64,000 nt of DNA, from positions 4,137 to 68,136 of the forward strand of contig JAKBLT010000001.1 in assembly GCA_021831925.1 (NCBI GenBank), read 5' to 3'. The notes below the pieces were generated by a model. That model had not been told where the DNA came from. It saw only the letters and a program-made list of their open reading frames with translations, and made no database searches. The position numbers and the translations under genes are program-made. The first letter of the stretch is position 1. The number at the start of each line of letters is the position of its first letter. Shown here piece after piece: positions 47,116 to 57,259 of the stretch. This stretch comes from Thermoplasmata archaeon (GTDB taxonomy: Archaea; Thermoplasmatota; Thermoplasmata; Thermoplasmatales; Thermoplasmataceae).

Positions 47116-47703
47116 ATGGAAGATCAGATAGAGGCACTGATTTCAGCGATTGAAAACTCCACCCGCAGGGAAATCCTCCGGGAGCTGACATCTGATACTT
47201 CCTATGCCATGGAACTCAGCAAGCTTGTCGGCGTTTCGCAGCAGGCCATAAACAAGCATCTCTTCCTTCTGGAGAGGGCAAACCTGATTCGGCTGATGCA
47301 GGATCCAGAAAACGGCCGGAAGAAAATATACTCCCCGACAGGCTTTTCTTCCCTAATTATAGATTATTCGAGAAATTTTTTCAACATAACTAAAAAAGAT
47401 ATTTATTTTGAAGATTCAGAAAAACTTGAGGCTGCAGACGATGACCTGTTTGCAAGTCTGGCAGAAATTAACAGGCAGATCGAGGAAATAACCAACAGGC
47501 GGCTGAAGCTGTTGGCATCCAAGGACCAGATACTAGAAAGGATACATGCTAAAGTGAATTCTCAGGCAATGGATCCCATAACGCGAAAAGTTGTCAATCT
47601 CTTCATTGAAAGCATGGACGAGAATTATGTCGCTGACAGGATGGGCATGCCAATAATGCTTGTGGATCATATACTTAAAATAAATGGTATAAAAAAAGAT
47701 TAA
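47116..47703 (+). CDS. ArsR-like winged-helix regulator with a C-terminal coiled-coil region
   Basis: N-terminus NSTRREILRELTSDTSYAMELSKLVGVSQQAINKHLFLLERANLI. It starts 9 nt after hsp20. Confidence 0.65.
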   Translation: MEDQIEALISAIENSTRREILRELTSDTSYAMELSKLVGVSQQAINKHLFLLERANLIRLMQDPENGRKKIYSPTGFSSLIIDYSRNFFNITKKDIYFEDSEKLEAADDDLFASLAEINRQIEEITNRRLKLLASKDQILERIHAKVNSQAMDPITRKVVNLFIESMDENYVADRMGMPIMLVDHILKINGIKKD

Positions 47704-47888
47704 TGATTTCTGAATGCCGTTATGCCAGATACAATCGAGAAAGCAAAGAGAAGGAATCCCACCAGCACTGAATAGTCAACGATTGAAACATCGAAGCTGT
47801 GGAATTTGTATATGATTGCCGGCAGTGTCATCAGTACGGAACCTAAGAAAAATAACGGATATTTTACCCTTGATATATTGTAACTCAT
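47700..47888 (-). CDS. Two-helix small membrane protein, last gene of the sdh cluster (possible small anchor subunit)
   Basis: 62 aa with two hydrophobic helices, 8 nt downstream of the 237-aa membrane gene. The call rests on position only. Confidence 0.4.
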   Translation of the reverse strand: MSYNISRVKYPLFFLGSVLMTLPAIIYKFHSFDVSIVDYSVLVGFLLFAFSIVSGITAFRNH

Positions 47889-47896
47889 AATTCACC

Positions 47897-48610
47897 TCAT
47901 ATAGCAATTCTCAGGAATGTAAAGTCAACTGGCCATCCAGCCATAAGCGCTCTGATGTAAAGGTCAACTGCAACAACAACCAGCAGACTTATAAAAGCGA
48001 ACTGTTCGTGATACAGGTTGAGCCATGACTGACCATTGTATATCTTCTTCCTTGTGCTGCCGCCAGAAAGGCAGCTGTAACAGTCTGCATATCCACCTAT
48101 AAGGTGCCTGAATGCGTGGCATGACAGTGTCCAGAATGTCAGGAGAAGAGCATTTGCCAGTATTATTATGCTTCCAAGCCTGAAAATGAAGAAGCCGCTT
48201 GTATAAAACATCGATACATAGAAATCATAATAGAAGAATGGGAGAAGAGCCAGTCCTATATAGAAGAAATATCTGTGGAAATTGTTCAATGAAAAGAAAC
48301 CTGTTTCCCCCCTGTATATTCTTTTAGAGGAATCCATCCTTTCTTCATTGAGGCACGCCATCGGATGCTTGAAAACATGTCTGTAGTAATCTTTCCTGTA
48401 AGCATAGCAGGATAACCTGAAAAGTGCAACAAACGGCAATACGAGAACAGTTGGAGAATAGAACGGATCCACATATCCATGATACTCCCCCACTGGATAG
48501 AGGTAAAGTGCAGCCGCTGAAAGCAGCAGAACCAGGACAAATCCCCAGAACCTCCAGTTCAGTTCAAAAAGTTCGCCACCAATGGAAAATTTATTCTTAT
48601 TTTCAATCAT
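47897..48610 (-). CDS. Putative membrane anchor subunit of succinate:quinone oxidoreductase (His-rich, about 5 helices)
   Basis: ATGA overlap with sdhB. About five hydrophobic helices with several His residues (EYHGY, RHVFKH, NFHRY, CHAFRH, LYHEQ). I recognise no canonical SdhC motif. Confidence 0.5.
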   Translation of the reverse strand: MIENKNKFSIGGELFELNWRFWGFVLVLLLSAAALYLYPVGEYHGYVDPFYSPTVLVLPFVALFRLSCYAYRKDYYRHVFKHPMACLNEERMDSSKRIYRGETGFFSLNNFHRYFFYIGLALLPFFYYDFYVSMFYTSGFFIFRLGSIIILANALLLTFWTLSCHAFRHLIGGYADCYSCLSGGSTRKKIYNGQSWLNLYHEQFAFISLLVVVAVDLYIRALMAGWPVDFTFLRIAI

Positions 48611-49350
48611 CTTTTTCTCCTCCTCATCCTGTGAACGAGGATACCTATTGGATCATAAAATTCATTCACAACCCTCTCCTTTTCTGGAATGATGGCATTG
48701 TCTGTAATATGAATACCCTCAGGGCATACATTCTGGCAGCATTTGGTAATATTGCAGAAACCTATCCCACCATCAGTGTGAAGCAATCCTGTTCTGTCTA
48801 TTGAATCCAGAGGATGCATATCGAGCGCTGCAACCTTGACCATGTGTTTTGGCCCGAAATAGTTCGATTCATGTTCTCTTATTACATGACAGACATCCTG
48901 GCACAGGAAGCATTCAATGCAGGTCCTGAACTCCTTTGATCTTGTCACATCAATTGCCTGCATCCTCCACGGTTTTGGCAGATCCAGTTTGGGAGTGAAA
49001 GGTGGTATCTTCTTGGCAATGACCCAGTTATGTGAAACATCTGTAACAAGGTCCTTGACTACAGGGTAAGCCCTCATGGGTTCTATCTGGATCCTGCTCC
49101 CCATTGTATCTATCCTTGTCTTGCACATAAGTCTCGGAAGGCCATTGATCTCGGCAGAGCATGAACCGCACCTCGCTGCCTTACAGTTCCATCTCACTGC
49201 AAGAGTGGGATCTATGTTGTTCTCGATGTAATGCACTGCATCAAGCACTACCATCCCCTCATCCGGCGTAATCTCATAATCAACAAAATGCGGCGCTTCG
49301 TTTGCTGACGGGTTTGATCTTTTTATTGAAATCACAACTTTTTCTGGCAT
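48607..49350 (-). CDS. sdhB: Succinate dehydrogenase/fumarate reductase iron-sulfur subunit
   Basis: Cluster motifs CKAARCGSCSAEINGLPRLMC, CIECFLCQDVC and CNITKCCQNVCP. Start chosen at MPEKVVISIKR (ATG 49350), 1 nt after the sdhA stop codon. Confidence 0.9.
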   Translation of the reverse strand: MPEKVVISIKRSNPSANEAPHFVDYEITPDEGMVVLDAVHYIENNIDPTLAVRWNCKAARCGSCSAEINGLPRLMCKTRIDTMGSRIQIEPMRAYPVVKDLVTDVSHNWVIAKKIPPFTPKLDLPKPWRMQAIDVTRSKEFRTCIECFLCQDVCHVIREHESNYFGPKHMVKVAALDMHPLDSIDRTGLLHTDGGIGFCNITKCCQNVCPEGIHITDNAIIPEKERVVNEFYDPIGILVHRMRRRKR

Positions 49351-49351
49351 T

Positions 49352-51079
49352 CTATGTGGCCTCCTTTGGTAACAAAGCCTCAAGCTCTGGCGGCAGTTCT
49401 GGAACAGGCTCAGTTCTCATCTGGTATGAATTTCCATCCTTGGTGAATATGATGTTCTTTCTCCACGACTTGTCAGTGTTCGGATAATCGAGCCGATAAT
49501 GCGCTCCACGGCTCTCCTTTCTCTCTATTGCAGCAACAACAAGCATTTCAGCAACGGACGCCATGCCATTAATCTCCAGGCATGTCACAAGTCCGGGATT
49601 AAAAACTGTAGAGCCACTGACGCCGACATTCAGCGACTCCTTTTTGATTTGCCTTACTTCTGCGAGTGCCTTTTTCAGGTTCTCCTCATCTCTCCAGATA
49701 CCGACATTGGTGGACAGGGCGACCCTTAATCTCTCAAATAGCGTGAAGGGATTCACTCCATCCGGCTTATTCAAAAATGCAAGGACCCTGTCAATTTCAG
49801 CGTTAACCTCGGAATCATCGACCTCTTTCTCCCTAACCTTTGCAGCATATTTTGCAGCAGATTCTCCTGTTCTCTTTCCAAAGACAAGCAGATCTGCAAG
49901 GGAATTGCCGCCGAGTCTATTTGCCCCATGCACACCGGAGGCGGCTTCACCGGCAGCGAAAAGACCCTTCATTCTTGTTTCATTCGTTTCTGGATCAATC
50001 CTGATGCCGCCCATGTGATAATGCAATGTTGGCGCAACTTCCATCTTCTCCTTTGTTATGTCAACCCCCGAAAACTCCTTGAACTGCATGTACATGCTTG
50101 GCAGTTTTTCCATTATGTATTTTGCTCCCTTGTATGATATGTCAAGGTAGACTCCACCATGCTCTGTCCCCCGGCCCTCCATAATCTCCCTGTATATTGA
50201 TCTGGCGACAACGTCCCTGGCATCAAGTTCCTTCTTGTTCGGTGAATATCTCAGCATAAACCTTTCACCCTTGGCATTAAAGAGGAGCCCACCGTCCCCT
50301 CTTACGCCTTCTGTCACAAGCAGACCTCTGATTGCAGGTGGCCAGAGCATTCCTGTCGGGTGGAACTGTACCATTTCAAGATCCATCAGTTCTGCCCCAG
50401 CTTCGTAGGCAAGAGAAAGGCCATCACCTGTGGATTCCCAGGAATTAGACGTGACCTTGAACATTCTTCCGAGTCCTCCGGATGCCATGATCACGGTCTT
50501 GGCAGATATAACCACGAAATTTCCTTTCTTAAGGTCAAATCCTATTGCGCCATAGACCCTTTTGCCATCCGTGACAAGTTTCGTTATCATTGTCTCTTCA
50601 AGGAAAGATGCACCACTGTGCAATACTTTATCCTGCAGGGTCCTGATAAGTTCCAGACCAGTCTTGTCACCGACATGACAGAGTCTGCGGTAAGTATGCG
50701 CTCCAAAGGCGCGCTGCAATATCTTGCCTTCAGGGCTCCTGTCGAAGAGTGCACCAAATTCCTCAAGTTCCAGGACCCTTTCAGGAGCGTCCTTAGCAAG
50801 TTTTTCAACAAGCCTCCAGTCTCCCAGGTATACACCCTCGACGTAGGTATCGGCAAAATGCACTTTCCAGTTATCTTCTTTATCCACATTTCCAAGAGAT
50901 GCTGCGATGCCACCCTCGGCCATGACAGTATGCGCCTTTCCGAGAAGAGATTTAGAAACTATAAGGACACTAACATCCTGCTTGAGTGCCTCAACAGCAG
51001 CCCGTAAGCCAGCACCTCCGGCCCCAATTATAAGTACATCAGTTTTCAGTTTAGTAACAGCAGGTCTATCTATAATTAT
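49352..51079 (-). CDS. sdhA: Succinate dehydrogenase/fumarate reductase flavoprotein subunit; start codon unresolved (non-canonical)
   Basis: Motifs FHPTG, EGVRGDGG, HYHMGGI and GANRLGGNSL. Upstream of the first ATG (50923), the same frame encodes DVLIIGAGGAGLRAA (Rossmann motif) and GKAHTVMAEGG (flavinylation His). No ATG, GTG or TTG occurs between these and the upstream TGA (51101-51103). The 5' end given here is the first in-frame ATA. Confidence 0.85.
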   Translation of the reverse strand: MIIDRPAVTKLKTDVLIIGAGGAGLRAAVEALKQDVSVLIVSKSLLGKAHTVMAEGGIAASLGNVDKEDNWKVHFADTYVEGVYLGDWRLVEKLAKDAPERVLELEEFGALFDRSPEGKILQRAFGAHTYRRLCHVGDKTGLELIRTLQDKVLHSGASFLEETMITKLVTDGKRVYGAIGFDLKKGNFVVISAKTVIMASGGLGRMFKVTSNSWESTGDGLSLAYEAGAELMDLEMVQFHPTGMLWPPAIRGLLVTEGVRGDGGLLFNAKGERFMLRYSPNKKELDARDVVARSIYREIMEGRGTEHGGVYLDISYKGAKYIMEKLPSMYMQFKEFSGVDITKEKMEVAPTLHYHMGGIRIDPETNETRMKGLFAAGEAASGVHGANRLGGNSLADLLVFGKRTGESAAKYAAKVREKEVDDSEVNAEIDRVLAFLNKPDGVNPFTLFERLRVALSTNVGIWRDEENLKKALAEVRQIKKESLNVGVSGSTVFNPGLVTCLEINGMASVAEMLVVAAIERKESRGAHYRLDYPNTDKSWRKNIIFTKDGNSYQMRTEPVPELPPELEALLPKEAT

Positions 51080-51104
51080 CGCCGGTCTGGAAGTCCAAGA
51101 TCAA

Positions 51105-51112
51105 ATTTATAA
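51105..51112 (-). promoter_or_regulatory. TATA box candidate for the sdh operon
   Basis: TTATAAAT on the minus strand. Spacing of about 26 nt would place the transcript start near 51082-51079, at the ATA-ATT-ATA codons. Confidence 0.4.
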
Positions 51113-51154
51113 CTTTCGTAGAACCGATGCTGTGGGCTGAATAGCGATTAAATA

Positions 51155-51925
51155 TTAGTAGTCACTTAAAACAGATAGTCTTCTCAGTGAATCCAGTTCA
51201 GATGAATCAAGCCTTCCGGGAAAAACTATAGCCGAGGGTTTATCTGAAAAATATTCTTTTTCTGCGCTCACAGGATTTCCGATAAAAATTTTCTGTTCAG
51301 GCATTCCAAAGGCATTCACGATGCACAATCTCGCAAATTCAAGATCAATTTTTTTTCCATACTTATTATTCATTTCCCGAAGAATGTGTATAGCCTCTGA
51401 AGGTTTCATAAAACCGGATGGAGACAGGTCAAGCAATATTAATGAATGCTCCTCATTGGTGATATTTCTTACGAGTTTTTCATAGGGGCTCTTTGGAAAG
51501 AATTTTTCTGATACAAATGGAAGGGAGATTACTGGTCCAAGATTGTATAAATGCAGACCCATGTAGCCCATAATTGCTGTGACTATGGATGCATTCTCAT
51601 AGATCTTGACGGGAATTCCAAGGTCTTCCAATTCAAAACGGATCTGATTGTGGGTTGTGGCTGTGAGTGCATCCCCTATGACAAGGAGTGCAGTTTCAAA
51701 CTGCTGGGCAGCTTTTATGATCACGTCAGATTGCTCAACATCTTCGCGATCAAGCTGCTGGATATCTTTTTTCAATTCCCTGGATATTCTTTGAATGTCA
51801 TCTTTCATGGAACCTGACGTGTACTGCTCCATGAATATCTTATCACATTTTTTTAACTGTTCTATCTCATCTACCGTAAGGGATCGATACCCACGCAGGC
51901 CCATTCCCATTATGTATAACGTCAA
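51155..51925 (-). CDS. dph5: Diphthine synthase (EF-2 diphthamide biosynthesis methyltransferase)
   Basis: The N-terminus LYIMGMGLRGYRSLTVDEIEQLKKCDKIFMEQYTS is the typical DphB/Dph5 tetrapyrrole-methylase fold start. About 256 aa. Confidence 0.88.
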   Translation of the reverse strand: MTLYIMGMGLRGYRSLTVDEIEQLKKCDKIFMEQYTSGSMKDDIQRISRELKKDIQQLDREDVEQSDVIIKAAQQFETALLVIGDALTATTHNQIRFELEDLGIPVKIYENASIVTAIMGYMGLHLYNLGPVISLPFVSEKFFPKSPYEKLVRNITNEEHSLILLDLSPSGFMKPSEAIHILREMNNKYGKKIDLEFARLCIVNAFGMPEQKIFIGNPVSAEKEYFSDKPSAIVFPGRLDSSELDSLRRLSVLSDY

Positions 51926-53136
51926 AAATCTTCTTGAATCCTAATCAGTTCATTGAGCTTCGATAACCTTTCTCCCCCAATCGTACCGGATTTCATCATC
52001 TCGCTTCCAAATGCGACTCCAAGGTGTGCGATGAAGTCATCTGTTGTTTCACCACTCCTGTGTGAAATAACCGTCTTCCAGCCCGCGGAATTGGCGAGCC
52101 TGACCGCCTCAATTGTCCTGGAAAGAGTGCCTATCTGATTGACCTTAATCAGGACTGCATTGGTGGATTTTTTCTCAATACCTTTTTTAATTCTCTCAGG
52201 ATTTGTTGTATAAAGATCGTCGCCTATTATCAATGCGCGATCCCCCACTCTCTTAGTTATAGCGGCAAACCCATCAAAGTCGGTATCAACCAATGGATCT
52301 TCAATGATTGAAAAACCATGCTCCTTCACGAGTGATTCTACAAAATCAATCTGCTGATCGGGTGTCTTCTTTTCGTGACGGTATACATATTTTCCATTTT
52401 CAAAGAATGACGTGGATGCCAGATCACTTCCCACAAGAATTTTTGTTTTTGTCTCTGCTTCTATCTCATGGGCTGCTTCCCTGACAAGTTTGACCGCTTC
52501 CATATCCTCTATGTTGCATGTCCAGGCCCGTTCATCCCCAACCCCTATGCTTATGTCAGGAAATTTCTCTGAAAGCTTTTCACCAACCCGTTTGTGCACC
52601 TTAATGTTTGTGAATACATTCTTAAAGGCATCATCCGTCTGTGTGGACACAAAGAATTCCTGTATTGTCGTGCCGTTTTTTGAATGCTTGCCTCCTCCGA
52701 GGACATTTCCCAGTGGTTTCGGAATCCTGGAGGAGAATAGGCCGCCTGTGTATTTGTATAACGGGATTCCAAGTGCATTGGAAGATGCCTTTGCAAGTGC
52801 AATTGAAAGTGCAGTCGCAAGGTTCCCACCAATTTTACTGAAGTTGCCAGTACCATCTATCTCATCCAGCTTCCTGTCAAATTCTCTCTGATTCAGGGAA
52901 TTGAAACCCAGTATTTCCTTTCTGACAACCTTGTTAAATAATTCGACGGATTTTGCTGCTCCGCCATCGGGAAACGCCTTTACCTCGGTTTCACCAGTAC
53001 TTGCACCGGACGGTGCTGAGCAGATTCCGTGAGCATTTTCGAGAAATATTGTTGCCTCAACCGTTGGATTGCCTCTTGAATCCGCAATTATTCGCACTTT
53101 TGCATTATTTATCTCAAAGATCTTGTCCATACACAA
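51922..53136 (-). CDS. eno: Enolase (phosphopyruvate hydratase)
   Basis: Motifs ADSRGNPTVEA, SGASTGE, IGDDL, IKVNQIGT and SHRSGET. ATG 53130 is an alternative start. Confidence 0.95.
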   Translation of the reverse strand: MCMDKIFEINNAKVRIIADSRGNPTVEATIFLENAHGICSAPSGASTGETEVKAFPDGGAAKSVELFNKVVRKEILGFNSLNQREFDRKLDEIDGTGNFSKIGGNLATALSIALAKASSNALGIPLYKYTGGLFSSRIPKPLGNVLGGGKHSKNGTTIQEFFVSTQTDDAFKNVFTNIKVHKRVGEKLSEKFPDISIGVGDERAWTCNIEDMEAVKLVREAAHEIEAETKTKILVGSDLASTSFFENGKYVYRHEKKTPDQQIDFVESLVKEHGFSIIEDPLVDTDFDGFAAITKRVGDRALIIGDDLYTTNPERIKKGIEKKSTNAVLIKVNQIGTLSRTIEAVRLANSAGWKTVISHRSGETTDDFIAHLGVAFGSEMMKSGTIGGERLSKLNELIRIQEDF

Positions 53137-53199
53137 GAAGTGAGGTATAGGTTAAATATCTTTGTTCGAAGCAATATTTTTGCTGAATTTACAGTCAAA

Positions 53200-53718
53200 T
53201 CAAATCTTTTTGATGTTCCTGTACCGATCAGCAAAGCTGTTATAATTTGCCTTGTATTCTGTCCACAACTTTTTGTATTCGTCATTTATGGACCCAATGA
53301 CCGCAGCGGGTATACCTGCAGCTATTGCATTATCGGGTATCTTTGAACGCGCCTTGACAACTGCTCCCTCTGCAACAACAGCCCATTCACCTATCTCAGC
53401 AAAATCAGAAACAGTTGACCCCATCCCGACTATTGACCATGATCCAAGCTTCGCAGTATGAATTGTGGAGAGATGGCCAACGGTCACATGTTCATTTATC
53501 TCAGTTTTCTCCCCTGGTCGAGCATGTATTACACAATTATCCTCAATTGCTGAATAATCCCCGACCTTGATTGATCCATAATCCCCGCGAAGGACAGCTC
53601 CGGGCCCAACCCACACGTAGTCACCAATAGTGACATCACCAATAACGACTGCATTCTCAAAAATAAAAGCCTTTGAGCTTATAACCGGCTTTCTATCCTC
53701 AAACTCATAAACTGACAC
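53200..53718 (-). CDS. Gamma-carbonic-anhydrase-like / left-handed beta-helix (hexapeptide repeat) protein
   Basis: Start YEFEDRKPVISSKAFIFENAVVIGDVTIGD; hexapeptide repeats; His pattern of the YrdA/PaaY/Cam family. Confidence 0.8.
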   Translation of the reverse strand: MSVYEFEDRKPVISSKAFIFENAVVIGDVTIGDYVWVGPGAVLRGDYGSIKVGDYSAIEDNCVIHARPGEKTEINEHVTVGHLSTIHTAKLGSWSIVGMGSTVSDFAEIGEWAVVAEGAVVKARSKIPDNAIAAGIPAAVIGSINDEYKKLWTEYKANYNSFADRYRNIKKI

Positions 53719-53774
53719 GGTGCCTTCTATTGTATACTACACTAAAAAACTTGCCTATTATGAATTCAGTTCAT

Positions 53775-54659
53775 TTAATCAGTACTTTCTTTTATAGATG
53801 AGACCTTCATTGCTTCAGTAATCTCTTTCCAGGTCATCCTAAAATCTTTTAAAGGCTCTGAAATTGCAATTGACGATACAAACATTCCATATCTGATTGA
53901 CTCTGTTAAAGAGTTCTTTCTGTAAAGAGATGCATAGAATCCCGCCCTGAATGCGTCTCCTGCCCCCACTGTATCGTAAATTTTTCTCGCAGAAAACGCC
54001 TTTAATATCTCACTTTTTCCATTATGAGAGACTTCTACACCGGTTTTGCCGAGCGTTTTTATGACCGTGAGCTGGGGGTATTTTCTGATATAGGGATTCA
54101 GTCTCTGTGATTCCTGCTCATTGCACATCGCGATGTATGACCTTGAAAGGAAATAGTCAATTTCATCATCGTTATAAAGGTAAATCTCCTGTGACGGATC
54201 AAAGACAATTTTTGCTTTTGTCTTCTCTGCTATCCTGCCGAATTCATACCTTGGGCCAGTGGAGAAATGAATTATGTCATATCCATTTTCAAGGTCCTTT
54301 TCTAGAGAAGGCTTCCAGACACGGTTTGGTCCCTGATTTATAAAGGCAAGCTGGTTATTCTTGTCGCTTGCTATGTAACAGAATGGACCACGTTCACCGT
54401 CAAATATTCTCACATGTGAAAGTTCAATCTTCCTTGATCGAAGGAAATCCAGGTATTCCATATGTGTTTCTGATGATACTGCTGCATACGGGTCAAAATC
54501 GAGGCCAAGGCTTGAAGCAACCATTGCAAAGTTTCCCAGCGTGCCACCAAAGACCTGTTTCTCTTCAAGTATCGGAACAGAACCTGAACTCTCAAGTTTT
54601 GGAACATTAAAAACTATGTCTATATTTATGTGACCTAAATACGCAAGGAACTTTTTCAT
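53775..54659 (-). CDS. PfkB-family carbohydrate/nucleoside kinase
   Basis: Motif DTVGAGDAFRAGF and an N-terminal GG dipeptide region (VFGGTLGN). Confidence 0.8.
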   Translation of the reverse strand: MKKFLAYLGHINIDIVFNVPKLESSGSVPILEEKQVFGGTLGNFAMVASSLGLDFDPYAAVSSETHMEYLDFLRSRKIELSHVRIFDGERGPFCYIASDKNNQLAFINQGPNRVWKPSLEKDLENGYDIIHFSTGPRYEFGRIAEKTKAKIVFDPSQEIYLYNDDEIDYFLSRSYIAMCNEQESQRLNPYIRKYPQLTVIKTLGKTGVEVSHNGKSEILKAFSARKIYDTVGAGDAFRAGFYASLYRKNSLTESIRYGMFVSSIAISEPLKDFRMTWKEITEAMKVSSIKESTD

Positions 54660-54692
54660 ATAATTGATAATAGCAGCCTGATTAAAATAAAT

Positions 54693-55133
54693 TCACAGTT
54701 TCAGGGATACCATGGTCATTGCGTCAAATATTTTACGGTCTTTTCCAGGAGCGTCGTGTGGTATACATCGGTCAGTTAAAGAAACATTTTCTGGCATTAA
54801 CTGCAGGACATCTACGCACTTCTGGTCTCCAAGTAAAATGGACATAAATGTTGTGGTACCAATTGTTATCTCAGATTTTTTGATTGCAGTCTCAATCTGG
54901 TCACTACCTGTAAGGTACATAAGGAAAATAGTGCCGACTCTTCTGTATTTTCTATTTTTCGAAAATACTGCCTCAGCTTCCTTGAGCGCGGCCATAACGT
55001 GAAATTCACTCACTGCAACTGAAGAATCAAAAATAATAAATCTCTCTCCAGCTGAAGCTATCTTTTCAATATCAGCCGCTGAAGGTGGGGAGCGAAAAGC
55101 GAAATAGCAGATATTAACTGATGCTTGGGCCAT
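54693..55133 (-). CDS. cgi121: KEOPS complex subunit Cgi121-like
   Basis: 146 aa. The segment [17 protein letters not shown] resembles the conserved Cgi121 LLY.SG.RQI..AI motif. It overlaps lonB by 20 nt. Assigned from memory of the family pattern only. Confidence 0.5.
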   Translation of the reverse strand: MAQASVNICYFAFRSPPSAADIEKIASAGERFIIFDSSVAVSEFHVMAALKEAEAVFSKNRKYRRVGTIFLMYLTGSDQIETAIKKSEITIGTTTFMSILLGDQKCVDVLQLMPENVSLTDRCIPHDAPGKDRKIFDAMTMVSLKL

Positions 55134-57084
55134 TCTTACCAGAAATCTTCGAAAGTGGCGGCTTTGGAGAAAATATATCTGTAACTTTTGACATTATGCT
55201 CTGTCTTTCAGGAGATTCAATAAGTGCATTCTCCAGAACATCCTTGATCGTTGAAACAGGTATGATCTCAATCCTGCCCTTGTGTTTCTGGTCAAGTATT
55301 ATGTCTCCATAATTTGATGCTGGGACAAGTACTTTTTTCAGGCCGGAATCAATGGCAGCCTCGACCTTTGCCGCAACCCCGCCAACTGGCAGAACATTCC
55401 CCCTGACGCTTATAGATCCCGTCATGGCTGCGCTCTGGTCAACAGGCAATTGCTCAATTGCTGAAATTATCGCCGTCGCAATTGATATGCTTGCGGAATC
55501 CCCTTCCACACCGTCGTATGTTCCTATGAACTGTATATGAATATCCATATCTGAAATATCGGCACCGCTTATTTTCTTGATCACTGCAGAAACATTGGTA
55601 ACAGCTTCCTTAGCAATCTTTCCAAGGTTACCTGTTGCAATGACTGTTCCCTGGCCTTTCCGAAGTGCAGGGGTGACCTCAGCAACAATTGGCATAACTA
55701 TTCCCGTATAATCAGCCATCCCGTTATTTGCACCAACGACTGCAAGTCCGTTAACACTCCCGATCATTCCACCCTCGGTAAGGAATGTCTTATAGCTTTT
55801 CCTGACCTCAATTGATCTATCTGCAACCTGCTGCTCAAGCGGTTTACTCAGTGTTCTGGCATTTATCACCTGGTCTGCTGATACAATTGGTATTTTATCA
55901 GTAATCGCTATGTCTCCCGCAACACGGATTAGGCCGCCAAGCTCCCTTAATCTGAGAGTGAGTTTGCCTTTTCTACCAGCTCTCCTCTGTGCCTCCTTTA
56001 TAATCTCTGATATCGCACTGAGGTCAAAGTCTGGAATCTTTTTGTCCTTTGCAATTTCCTGAGCAATAAACTGAACGATCTTTTTGCGGTTTTCGTCATT
56101 ATCGTCAATTGTATTGTTCACATATACCTCGTAGCCATAGCCCCTGATTCTTGACCTGAGTGCGGGATGAATTGCCTGTACAGCGTCAAGGTTGCCAGCC
56201 GCCACCAGAATAAAGTCACACGGTACTGGTTCGGTCTGGACCATAGCACCAGCGCTTCTCTCGCTTTGCCCGGAAATTGAATACTTCTTTTCCTGCATTG
56301 CTGTCAGAAGAGCCTGCTGGCTCTCCATTCTCAGAAGATTCATTTCATCTATGAACAGGACTCCCTTATGTGCCTTGTGTATGTTTCCGGCTTCCACTCT
56401 ATCATGAGACGGGGTCTCAAGACCACCGGACTGGAAAGGATCGTGTCTTACATCACCAAGGAGTGCACCACTGTGGGCCCCAGTAGAATCTATGAATGGA
56501 GGTTTTTCATTGGGGTTGTGCTGAACCAGAATCTTAGGGATAAGGGCTTTTTCATTCCTGAATGCCGGATTAAGTGCAAGTATGAGGTAAATGAATGCAG
56601 CGGCCATTATTGCAAGGAAAATGACTGTAAAATCGTGATCGAATATGAATATTATAAGACCGAAGAGAAACACAGAGATAATTATGAAAAGTATTCCCCT
56701 TGACTTGTCCCTTTTTTCGCGTTCAGCTCTCATCTGGTACTGGCGGACTATCTCTTTTCCCCTGCCGGCCGGATATGTTTTAATTTTTGGCTTATTATTA
56801 TCCTCAGGATTGGGAAAGACAACTATATCCTCCAGCTCTTCTTTAGGAAGGAAATCAACCATGGATTGTGCAAGCATCGACTTACCTGTCCCAGGGTCCC
56901 CTATAAGCAGCACATGCCTCTTCTGCATAGCTGCCTTCTTCACAACCTGAGCTGCTTCATCCTGTCCTATTACCTGATCAAAAAGGATCTTTGGTATCTG
57001 AACATCTTTCGTGCTCTTTATGTTTAATTTAGTTACCCACTCGTCAACATCTTCAGAGACTTCATCCACGGATACCATAGTCAA
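55114..57084 (-). CDS. lonB: Archaeal membrane-bound ATP-dependent Lon protease (LonB)
   Basis: Walker A GDPGTGKS. Two TM helices are inserted in the AAA module ([19 protein letters not shown]...[16 protein letters not shown]). The protease domain has [17 protein letters not shown] and [10 protein letters not shown] (Ser-Lys dyad). Confidence 0.93.
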   Translation of the reverse strand: MTMVSVDEVSEDVDEWVTKLNIKSTKDVQIPKILFDQVIGQDEAAQVVKKAAMQKRHVLLIGDPGTGKSMLAQSMVDFLPKEELEDIVVFPNPEDNNKPKIKTYPAGRGKEIVRQYQMRAEREKRDKSRGILFIIISVFLFGLIIFIFDHDFTVIFLAIMAAAFIYLILALNPAFRNEKALIPKILVQHNPNEKPPFIDSTGAHSGALLGDVRHDPFQSGGLETPSHDRVEAGNIHKAHKGVLFIDEMNLLRMESQQALLTAMQEKKYSISGQSERSAGAMVQTEPVPCDFILVAAGNLDAVQAIHPALRSRIRGYGYEVYVNNTIDDNDENRKKIVQFIAQEIAKDKKIPDFDLSAISEIIKEAQRRAGRKGKLTLRLRELGGLIRVAGDIAITDKIPIVSADQVINARTLSKPLEQQVADRSIEVRKSYKTFLTEGGMIGSVNGLAVVGANNGMADYTGIVMPIVAEVTPALRKGQGTVIATGNLGKIAKEAVTNVSAVIKKISGADISDMDIHIQFIGTYDGVEGDSASISIATAIISAIEQLPVDQSAAMTGSISVRGNVLPVGGVAAKVEAAIDSGLKKVLVPASNYGDIILDQKHKGRIEIIPVSTIKDVLENALIESPERQSIMSKVTDIFSPKPPLSKISGKNGPSIS

Positions 57085-57259
57085 TATAGGAATTAATAGT
57101 TTTTTATAGTCTTTTCTTACATTTCTTAATATCCCTGATTTCTCTCATGCCCTTTAAACAAATAGTGCGTTTGCCATATCCTATCATGACTGAAAGGAAC
57201 CTTCATGTCGCGGGACCAAGGAAATGGCAACATTTTATATTCCATTAGCATGAAGAACC

